A DNA stretch of 64,000 nucleotides. It comes from an uncultured Acidobacteriota bacterium. GTDB lineage: Bacteria > Acidobacteriota > Thermoanaerobaculia > Multivoradales > UBA5704. A program made the translations under genes and the position numbers. Positions 1 through 10,400 of the stretch are shown one piece after another (the stretch's first letter is position 1; each line of letters begins with the position of its first letter). The stretch is taken from positions 1,760,001 to 1,824,000 of the forward strand of contig CAVYRF010000002.1 in the NCBI GenBank assembly GCA_963770895.1, given 5' to 3'. The notes below the pieces were generated by a model, which was given only the letters and a program-made list of their open reading frames with translations, searched no databases and had not been told where the DNA came from.

Positions 1-1460
1 CCTACGGCGAGCTGCGCCGGCGGGCGGGGGTCCTGGCGGACCGCTTGCGGGCTGCCGGGGTGGGGCCGGAGGTGCCGGTGGGTCTGCTGGCCGAGCGGTC
101 GGTGGGGATGGTGGTGGCGACGCTCGCGGTGCTGGAGGCGGGCGGCGCCTACGTGCCGCTCGACCCCGCGGCGCCGCCGGCGCGGCTGGCGCGGCTGCTG
201 GCCGAAGTGAGCCTGCCGGTGATCGTCGCCCAGCGGCACCTGGCCGCCGGCCTGCCCGCCGCCGCGGGGCTGGCAGGGATGGTGGTGGAGATCGACGGCG
301 GCGGCATCGCCAGCTCGCCGGCGGCTCCCCCGCGTCCACGTCCCGCCGCGCCGCCGGCTTGGTGCGAGCCGGACGGGCTGGCATACGTGATGTTCACGTC
401 GGGTTCGACGGGCACGCCCAAGGGCGTGGCGGTGACGCAGCGCGGCGTGGTGCGCCTGGTGCGGCGGACGTCGTACGCGCGGTTCGGTGCGGACCAGGTG
501 TTTTTGCAGCTGGCGCCGATCGGCTTCGACGCGGCGACGTTCGAGATCTGGGGAGCGCTGCTCAACGGCGGCCGTCTGGTGCTGGCGCCGCCGGGACCGG
601 TTTCGACGTCGGAGCTGGGGGAGCTGCTGGCGCGCCAGGGGGTGACGACGCTGTGGCTGACGGCGGGTCTGTTCCACGAGATGGTGGAGCAGAACCTGCC
701 AGGTCTGCGTCCTGTGCGTCAGCTGCTGGCGGGCGGCGACGCGCTGTCGCCGGCGCTGGTGTCACGGGCATTATCCGGCCTGCCGGGGACGCGGCTGATC
801 AACGGCTACGGTCCGACGGAAGGGACGACGTTCAGCTGCTGCGCCACGGTCACCGCCGAGTCGGTGGGAGCGACGGTGCCGATCGGGCGCCCGATCGCCG
901 GCACGGAGGTGGCGGTGGTGACGGGTGAGGACCAGCCGGCGGGGGTGGGTGTGCTGGGCGAGCTGGTGGTGGGCGGGCAGGGCCTGGCGCGGTGCTACTG
1001 GGGCCGTCCGGAGCTGACGGCGGAGCGATTCCGGCCGGACGCGGGCGGCCCTTCCGGCGGTCGGGTGTACCGGACGGGGGACCGGGTGCGTTGGCTTGCC
1101 GGCGGCAGCCTGGAGTTTGCCGGCCGTCTGGACCGGCAGGTGAAGATCCGCGGCTACCGCATCGAGCCGGGCGAGATCGAGGCGGCGCTGCGTTCGCACC
1201 CGCGGGTGACGCAGGCGGCGGTCGTGGTGCGCGCTGCCGGCGACGCTGCCGGCGCCGCTGCCGCTGCCGGTGACGGGGGCGTAGGCGGAGGCGACAAGCG
1301 GCTGGTGGCATACGTGGCGGGGGCGGAAGGGGACGACCTGCGCGGCTATCTGCAGGAGCGCCTGCCGGGCTACATGGTGCCGGCGGCGTGGGTCCGCCTG
1401 GCGTCGCTCCCCCTCACCGCCAACGGCAAGGTCGACCGCGCCGCCCTGCCCGAGCCCGCG
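1..1460 (+). repeat. Copy 1 of a near-identical ~1.4 kb Val A-domain duplication
   Basis: From base 1 (cctacggcgagctgcgccggcgg) the sequence matches 9979 onward almost base for base, with a few substitutions and two small in-frame indels. Confidence 0.93.
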
Positions 1461-4400
1461 GCCGCCGACCGAGGCGGGGAGCGCGAGCGGTTCCACGTCG
1501 CGCCGCGCACCCCGGTCGAAGAGCTGGTCGCCGGGATCTGGGCCGATCTGCTGGGCATCGAGCAGGTCGGCGCCGGCGACGACTTCTTCGCCCTGGGCGG
1601 CCACTCGCTGCTCGCCACCCGGCTGGTGTCGCGCCTGCGCGCGGCGCTCGCGGTAGAGCTGCCGCTGCGCGCGGTGTTCGCCAACCCGACGCTCGCGGGG
1701 CTGGCGGCGGCGGTCGAAGAAGCCCGCGTCCTGCCTGCCGGCGGCGTCGACTCGGCGCGCCGCGGCCCTGCCGGCGCCCCGCTCCTGCCGGCGCCGCGCG
1801 ACGGCGCGCCCCTGCCGCTTTCGTTCGCCCAGGAGCGGCTGTGGTTCCTCGACCAGATGGAGCCGGGCACGACGGCCTACAACATGCCCCTCCAGGTCGA
1901 GCTCACCGGCCGGCTGCTGCCGCCGGCCCTGGCGGCGGCGCTGGCCGAGGTGGTGCGCCGGCACGAGGCGCTGCGCACCACCTTCACGGCCGCCGGCGGC
2001 ACGCCGCGCCAGCACGTCGCGCCCGCCGCCGGCACCTTCCCGCTGCCGCTGCTGGACCTGGCCGGGCTGCCTGCCGCCCGCCGCGAGCGCGAGGCGGAGC
2101 GCCTGGGCCGCGAGCAGGCCGCCGTGCGCTTCGCGCTCGACCGCGGGCCGCTGTTCACGGCGCTGCTGGTGCGGCTGGGCGCGGAGCGCCACCGCTTCCT
2201 GGCGACGCTCCACCACGTCATCGCCGACGGCTGGTCGGTGAGCGTCCTGGTGCGCGAGCTGGCGGCGCTCTACGCGGCCGTCCGCGCCGGCCTGCCGTCG
2301 CCGCTGCCGGCGCCGCCCATCCAATACGCCGACTTCGCGCTCTGGCAGCGCGGCTGGCTGGCGGCGTTGGAAGCGACCGAGCTGGCCTATTGGGAGTCGC
2401 AGCTGGGCGGCGAGGTGGCGAGCGTCGAGCTGCCCGCCGACCGGCCGCGTCCGGCGATCCAGACCTACCGCGGCGGGCGCCGCCGGCTGGCGCTGACGCC
2501 CGAGCTGACCGCGCGCCTCAAGGGCTTCGGCCGCGCCGCGGGGACGACGCTCTTCATGACGCTCCTGGCCGCCGTCAAAGCGCTGCTGTGCCGCCACAGC
2601 GGCGAGCACGACGTGCCGGTGGGCGCGCCGGTCGCGGGCCGCCGCTGGCAGGAGACGGAGGCGCTGATCGGGTGCTTTCTCAACACACTGGTCCTGCGCA
2701 CCGATCTGGCGGGTCCGCCCACCTTCCGCGAGCTGGCGGCGCGGGTGCGCGCCGTGACGCTCGCGGCGTACTCCCACCAGGACGTGCCGTTCGAGGCGGT
2801 GCTCAACCGCCTGCGCCTGGCGCGCGACCTGTCGCGGGCGCCGCTGTTCCAGGTGCTGTTCAACATGCTGAACCTGCCGGCGTGGGACGCCTCCCTGCCG
2901 GGGCTCGACCTGCGCATCCTCGCCGTCGCCGACACGCCGTCCAAGTTCGACCTCACCTTCTACGTCGCCGAGGCCGATGCCGGCGTCGCGATCGACCTGG
3001 TCTACAACGCCGACCTCTTCGACGAAGCGCGCATGGCCGACGTCCTGGCGCAGCTGGCGCAGTTTCTCGCCCAGGCCGTCGAGCGGCCGGACGAGCCGAT
3101 CGACCGCCCGTCGCTCGCCACCGCCGCGGCGCTGGCGCTGCTGCCCGACCCCGCGGCGCCGCTGGACGCGGGCTGGATCGGCGCCGTGCACGAGCTGTTC
3201 GCGGCGCAGGCCGAGCGCGCGCCGGGACGCTTGGCAGTGGCCGACCCGGACGTCGAGTGGACCTACGGCGAGCTGCTCGCGGGGACGCGGCGCGTCGCCG
3301 GCTGGCTCGCCGGCCGGGGGGTGCGCGCCGGCGACCCGGTCGCCATCTTCGCCCATCGCAGCGCGCCCCTGGTGGAGGCCGTCGTCGGCGCCCTCACCGC
3401 CGGCGCCGCCTTCATGGTGCTCGATCCGGCGTACCCGCCGGCGCGTCAGGTCGAGATGCTGGACCTGGGCGCGCCGCGCGCCGCGCTGGCGCTCGCCGCC
3501 GCCGGGCCGCTGCCGCCCGAGGTGCAGTCGTGGCTGGGCGCGGCGGGCTGCGCCTGCCTGGAGCTCCCGGCGGGCGGCACCGCGGCGGTCCCGGCGCTGG
3601 CCGGGTTCGGCGGGTTCGGCGCCGCCGCCCCGCCGGCGCGGGTCGGCCCCCATGACGTGGCCTGCATCGGCTTCACCTCCGGCTCGACCGGCGGTCCCAA
3701 GGCCATCGCCGGGCTGCACGGCCCGCTGTCCCACTTCCTGCCGCGCCACTGCCAGGTCTTCGAGCTCGGCCCGGACGATCGCTTCTCGCTGCTGTCGGGC
3801 CTGGCGCACGACCCGCTGCAGCGCGACATCTTCACGCCGCTCTTCCTGGGCGCCGCCATCGTCGTCCCCGACCCCGCCGACAGCGGCATCGCCGGCCGCT
3901 GGGCGCGCTGGATGCGCCGCCGGGGCGTGACCGTGGCGCACCTCACGCCGGCGCTCGGCCAGCTGCTCGCCGAACGGCCGCCGGACGGCGAGCTGATCGA
4001 GGTGCCCAGCCTGCGCCGCGTCTTCCTGGTCGGCGAGGCCCTCACCTGCCGCGACGTGGCCCGCCTGCGCGCCATGGCCCCGGCGGTGACCTGCCTCAAC
4101 CTGTACGGCTCGACCGAGACCCAGCGCGCCGTCGGCTTCCACCGGGTGACGGCGCGGGAGGCGGAGTCGGATGCGGCGCGCGACAAACAGGTGTTGCCGC
4201 TCGGCCGCGGCATCGACGACGTGCAGCTGCTGATCGTCAACCCTGCCGGGCGGCTCGCCGGTATCGGCGAGGTCGGCGAGATCGCCGTGCGCAGCCCGCA
4301 CCTGGCCCGCGGCTACCTGCGCAACCCCGCGCTGTCGGCCGAGCGGTTCCAGGTCAACCCATTCACCGGCGCGCCCGGCGACCGCGTCTACCGCACCGGC

Positions 4401-7400
4401 GACCTGGGCCGCTACCGGCCCGACGGCGAAGTGCTGTTCGCCGGCCGCTCGGACTTCCAGGTCAAGCTGCGCGGCTTCCGCATCGAGCTGGGAGAGGTCG
4501 AGGCGGTCCTGCTGCGCCATCCCGCGGTGCGCGAAGCGGTGGTGGTGCTGCGCGGCGACCTGCCGGGGGGCAGCGGCCTGGCCGCCAACGTGGTCGTCCA
4601 CGGCGCCTCCCCTGAGAGCGCCGAGAGTGCGGACGACAGCACCCAGGCGCTGCGCGCCTGGCTGGCACACCGTCTGCCCGCCTACATGGTGCCGGCGGCC
4701 TTCGTGCGGCTGCCCGCCATCCCCCGCACCGCCAACGGCAAGGTGGACCGCCGCGCCCTGGAGCGCATCCCCTTGCCGCACGCCGACCAGGGCGCCGCCG
4801 CCCCCGCCGCCGGCCCGCGCACCCCCGCCGAGGAGCTGCTGGCGGGCATCTGGGCGCAGGTGCTCGGCCGCGAGCGGATCGCCGCCGCCGACAGCTTCTT
4901 CGACCTGGGCGGCCATTCGCTGCTCGCGACCCGCATGACGTCGCGGGTCCAGGAGGTGTTCGGCGTCGAGCTGCCGCTGCGGCGGCTGTTCGCCAACCCC
5001 ACCCTGGCGGCGCTGGCGGCGGACCTGGCGGCGAGCGCGCGGCCGGTGGCGCTGGCGGCGGCGCCGGGCGTGCCGCGGCTCACCCGCCGCCTGCAGCACG
5101 CCGGCCGCGGCGAGGGCCTGCCGCTGTCGTTCGCCCAGCAGCGGCTGTGGTTCCTCGACCGCCTGGAGCCCGGCCCGCTGTACAACATGAGCTCGGCGCT
5201 GCGCCTGACGGGCGCCCTGCACACGGCGGCGCTGGCCGCGGCCCTGCAGGCGATCGTCGCCCGCCACCAGGCGCTGCGCGCCACCTTCGACGGCGCGGAC
5301 GGCATGCCGCTCCAGCGCGTGGCGCCGCCGCACGCCGTGCCGCTGCCGGTCGTCGACCTGGCCGCCCTGCCGGCGGCGTGCCGCGACCGCGAGCTTGCCC
5401 GCGGCGGCGCCGCCGGCATCGCCCGCCCATTCGACCTGGCGCGCGGTCCGCTGCTGCGCGCCACGCTGTTCCGCCTGGGCGCGGGCGATCACGTGCTGGT
5501 GATCGTCGTGCACCACATCGCCGCCGACGGCGCGTCGATCGGCATCTTCGCGCGCGAGCTGTCGGCGCTGTATGCCGGGCTGGTCGGCGGCCAGCCGCCG
5601 TCGCTGCCGCCGCTGCCGGTGCAGTACGCCGACTACTCCGTGTGGCAGCGCGACTGGCTGCAAGGCGACCGGCTGGCGGCGCTGCTCGACGCCTGGCGCG
5701 ACCGCCTGGCCGGCGCTCCCGCCGGTCTCGAGCTGCCCACCGACCGGCCGCGGCCGGCGGTGCAGAGCTTCCGCGGCGCCAGCCTGCCGGTCGAGCTGGC
5801 GCCGCCGGCCGTGCGGGGCCTGCGCGCCCTGGCGCGCGGCCACGGCACGACGCTCTTCATGGCGCTGCTCGCCGCCTTCCAGGTGCTGCTGCACCGGCTG
5901 AGCGGGCAGGACGACCTGGTCGTCGGCTCGCCCATCGCCGGCCGCAACCAGGTGGCGATCGAGGGGCTGATCGGCCTCTTCGCCAACACCTTGGCCCTGC
6001 GCAGCCGCCTTGACGGGCGCCCGGCCTTCCGCCAGGTGCTGGCACAGGCGCGCGACACCGTGCTGGACGCCCATGCCCTGCAGGACCTGCCGTTCGAAAG
6101 GCTGGTCGAAGAGCTGCGGCCGGAGCGCGACCTGGGCCGCTCGCCGCTGTTCTCGGCGATGCTGGTGCTGCAGGACCCCGCCGCCGGCCTGCCGGAGCTG
6201 CCGGGCCTGGCGGTCACGCCGGTCGCCCTGGCCCCCGCCACGGCGCGCTTCGATCTGCTGCTCTCCCTGGCCGAAACCGGCGAGCGCCTGGCCGGCCGCG
6301 TCGAGATCGCCGCCGACCTGTTCGACCGCGCCACCGCCAAACGCTGGCTCGCGGCGCTGGCCGCGCTGGTCGAAGCGGCCGCCGCCGACCCCGGCTGCGC
6401 CGCGGGCGACCTGCCGCTGCTCTCAGCCGCCGAGCGCTTTGCGCTGTGCACGGAGTGGAACGACAGCGCGGCGTTGTCCGCCGGGTCCGCCGGGTCCGCC
6501 GCGCCCACCACCCTGCCGCAGCTCTTCGCGCAGCACGCCGCGCGCACGCCGCTGGCGCCGGCCTGCGCCGACGCCCATGTCCGCCTGACCTACGGCGAGC
6601 TCGACCGGCGCTCCGACCGCCTGGCGCACCGCCTGCGCGCGCTGGGAGTGGGGCCCGAGGCGATCGTCGCCATCGCCATGGAGCGATCGGCCGCGATGGT
6701 GACGGTGCTGCTGGGCGTGCTCAAGGCCGGCGCCGCCTACCTGCCGCTCGACCCCGCCTATCCCGCCGCGCGGCTGGCGTTCATGCTGCGCGACAGCGGC
6801 TGCGGCCTGGTGCTGGCGGACGCGACGGCCGCGGCGCTGCCGCCGCACGACGCCCGCGTGCTGGACCTGGCGCAGGCCTGGGACGCCGACGAAACCCTGG
6901 TGGCGGCGCGCCCGGCCGCGCTGCCGGCGCCGGCGCCGGCGCCGGACAGCCTGGCCTACCTGCTGTACACCTCCGGCTCGACCGGCATGCCGAAGGGTGT
7001 GCAGGTGCCACACCGCGCGCTTGCCAACTTTCTGCGCGCGATGCTGCGCGAGCCGGGCCTCGGCGCGCGCGACCGCCTGCTCGCGGTCACCTCGCTGTCG
7101 TTCGACATCGCCGGCCTGGAGCTCTTCCTGCCGCTCGCCGCCGGCGGCTGCGTCCACGTGGCCAGCGCCGCCGAAGCCGCCGACGGGCATCTTCTGGCCC
7201 AGCGCATCGCCGCCAGCGCCATCGACGTGCTGCAGGCGACCCCCGCGACCTGGCGCATGCTGCTGGCCGCCGGGTGGCGGGGCGGCGGTGGTTTCCGCGC
7301 CCTGTGTGGCGGCGAGGCGCTGCCACCCGACCTGGCGGCGGCGCTGCTGGCGCGGGCCGGCGAGCTGTGGAACCTCTACGGCCCCACCGAGACGACCATC

Positions 7401-10400
7401 TGGTCGGCGGTGTGCCGCGTCGGCGGCGACGGCGTGCACCTGGGTCGGCCGATCGCCGACACGGCGTTGCACGTGCTGGATCGCGACCGCCGGCCGGCGC
7501 CGTTCGGCGCGCCGGGCGAGCTGTGGATCGGCGGCGCCGGGCTGGCGCGCGGCTACCTGGGACGGCCCGAGCTGACGGCGGAGCGCTTCGCGCCCGACCC
7601 GTTCGCCGGCGCCGGCGCGCCGGGCGGGCGCCTGTACCGCACCGGCGACCTGGTGCGCCGCACCGCCGGCGGGCGCCTGGAGTTCCTGGGGCGCGTCGAT
7701 CACCAGGTCAAGCTGCGCGGCTTCCGCATCGAGCTGGGCGAGATCGAGGCGGTGCTGCTGAGCCACCCGGCGGTGGGTCAGGCGGTGGTGGTGCTGCGCG
7801 GCGATCAGGGAGGCCTCTCGGGCCGGCCGCGGTTGCCGAGCGGCGGCGGCGAGCCGTACCTGGCCGGCTACGTGGTGCCGGCGGTTCCCGCGTCGCCGCC
7901 GGGTCCCGCCGAGCTGCGCGCCTGGCTGGCGGAGCGCCTGCCCCGGCACCTGGTGCCGCAGGTGATGATGACGCTGGACGCCCTGCCGCTCACCCCCAAC
8001 GCCAAGGTCGACCGCCTGGCGCTGCCGGCTCCCCGGCGCGCCGCCGCGGGCCAGCCGGAGCCGCCGCGGGGGCCGCTCGAAGAGCTGCTGGCCGACGTCT
8101 GGGGCGAGCTTCTGGGGCTCGACCAGGTGGCGCGGGACGACGATTTCTTCGCCCTGGGCGGGCACTCGCTCCTGGCGGTGCGGGTGGTGGCGCGCCTGCG
8201 CCAGGGCCTGGGCGTCGAGCTGCCGGTGCGCGCCGTGTTCGAGGCTCCGGCGTTGCAGGCCCTGGCGCGGCGGGTCGAGGGCGCGCTGGGCGGCGTCGAC
8301 GTGGCGGCGGCGCCGCCGCTGGCGCCGCGGCCCTGCCTGGACGCGCCGCCGCCGCCGCTCTCCTTCGCGCAGGAGCGGCTGTGGTTCCTCGACCGGCTCG
8401 ATCCGGCGAGCGCCAGCTACAACGTGTCGGCGGCCGTGCGCCTGACCGGCGCGCTCGACCCGGCGGTGCTGCGCCGCTGCCTGGACCAGGTGGTGCGGCG
8501 GCACGAGGCGCTGCGCACCACCTTCGACCTGTGCGGCGAAGCGCCCTGCCAGGTGGTGCATCCGGCCGCGCCGGTGGCGTTTGCCCGGGTCGACCTGCCG
8601 GCGACGCCCCGTGCTGCCAACGCCGCCGACGCCGCCGCCGCTGCCGACGCCGCCGACGCCGCCGGCGAAGCGGAGGTCGCGCGCCTGCTCGCCGCGGCGG
8701 CCCGCCGGCCGTTCGACCTGCGGCGCGGGTCGCAAGATCCGGCGACTGCCGGCGGGCTACCGCGGCCTGCCGGCCTGCTGCGCGCGCTGGTGCTGCGCCG
8801 CACGGAGCGGGACTGGGTGCTGCTCCTGACGCTCCACCACATCGTCGCCGACGGCTGGTCGATGGGCGTTCTGGTCGGCGAGCTGGCGGCCCTCTACCGC
8901 GCCTATGCCGCGGGCGAGCCTTCGCCGCTCGCCGAGCTGCCGGTGCAGTACGCCGACTTCGCGGTGTGGCAGCGGACCGCCATGGCCGGCGAGCGCCTGG
9001 CCGCCGAGCTCGCCTTCTGGCGGCAGCAGCTGGCGGGAGCGCCGGTCCTGCTGCCGCTCCCGGCCGACCGGCCGCGGCCGGCGGTGCGCAGCCAGCGCGG
9101 CCGGCGGGTGGCGCTGCGCCTGGCGCCGGCGCAGCTTGCCGGAGTGCAGGCGATGGGCCGCCGCCATGGCGCGACGCTCTTCATGTCGCTGCTCGCGGCC
9201 TGGCAGCTGCTCCTGGGCCGCACCGGCGGCGCCGCCGACTTGCTGCTCGGCTCGCCGGTCGCCAACCGCCAGCGGCGCGAAACCGAAGGCATGATCGGCT
9301 TCTTCGCCAACACCCTGGTGCTGCGCGCCCGGTTGGCGGACGGCCCCTTCGCCGACCTCCTGGAGCAGACGCGCGCCACCGCGCTCGCGGCCTTCGCGCA
9401 CCAGGACCTGCCGTTCGAAAAGCTGGTGGCCGAGCTGGCCCCCGAGCGCAGCCTGACCGCCAACCCGCTGGTGCAGGCCGTCATCGCGATGCAGGACGTC
9501 CCGCTGCCTGACTGCGACCTGGGCGGCCTGCGCCTGGAGCCGCTGCCGCTGCCGGGAAACACCGCCAAGTTCGACCTCACCCTGATGCTGGCTCCCCTGG
9601 CTCCCCTGGCTCCCCTGGCGCCCCTGGCGCCCGACGGCGCCGGGCTCGCCGGCGCCCTGGAATACGCCTGCGACCTCTTCGACCACACCACCGCGGCGCG
9701 GCTGGCCGCCAGCTTCGTCACGCTGCTCACCGCGCTGGCCGGCGGTGCGGTGGCGCAAACCCCCATCGCCGAGCTGCCGCTGTTGTCGGCGGCCGAGCTG
9801 CAGCAGCTGCGGGAGTGGCGCGGCGAAGCCGTGCTTCCGGCGGCGCCGGAGGCGGGGCGCGAGACGATCGCGTCGCTGTTCGCGGCGCAGGCGGCGCGCA
9901 CGCCGGATGCGGTGGCGGTGACCGCGGCGGGCGGGGGCGATGTCGGCGATGTTGGCGATGTCCGCAGCGAGGCGGTGACCTACGGCGAGCTGCGCCGGCG
10001 GGCGGGGGCCCTGGCGGATCGGCTGCGGGCTGCCGGGGTGGGGCCGGAGGTGCCGGTGGGTCTGCTGGCCCAACGGTCGGTGGGGATGGTGGTGGCGACG
10101 CTCGCGGTGCTGGAGGCGGGCGGCGCCTACGTGCCGCTCGACCCCGCGGCGCCGCCGGCGCGGCTGGCGCGGCTGCTGGCCGAAGTGAGCCTGCCGGTGA
10201 TCGTCGCCCAGCGGCACCTGGCAGCCGGCCTGCCCGCCGCCGCGGGGATGGTGGTGGAGATCGACGCCGGCGGCCTGGCGGTTTCGCCGGCGGCTCCCCC
10301 GCGTCCACGCCCCGCCGCGCCGCCGGCTTGGTGCGAGCCGGACGGGCTGGCATACGTGATGTTCACGTCGGGTTCGACGGGTACGCCCAAGGGCGTGGCG

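Noticed and set aside
771-6074. Long minus-strand ORF (1767 aa), and similar ones at 20594-30646, 33720-42419, 48468-55304 and 55563-59216
   Set aside because: They are antisense shadows of strongly biased high-GC coding frames and contain no recognisable motifs.
9588-9962. Short repeats as a CRISPR-like array
   Set aside because: Units are 9 bp, in frame, have no spacers, and there are no cas genes.
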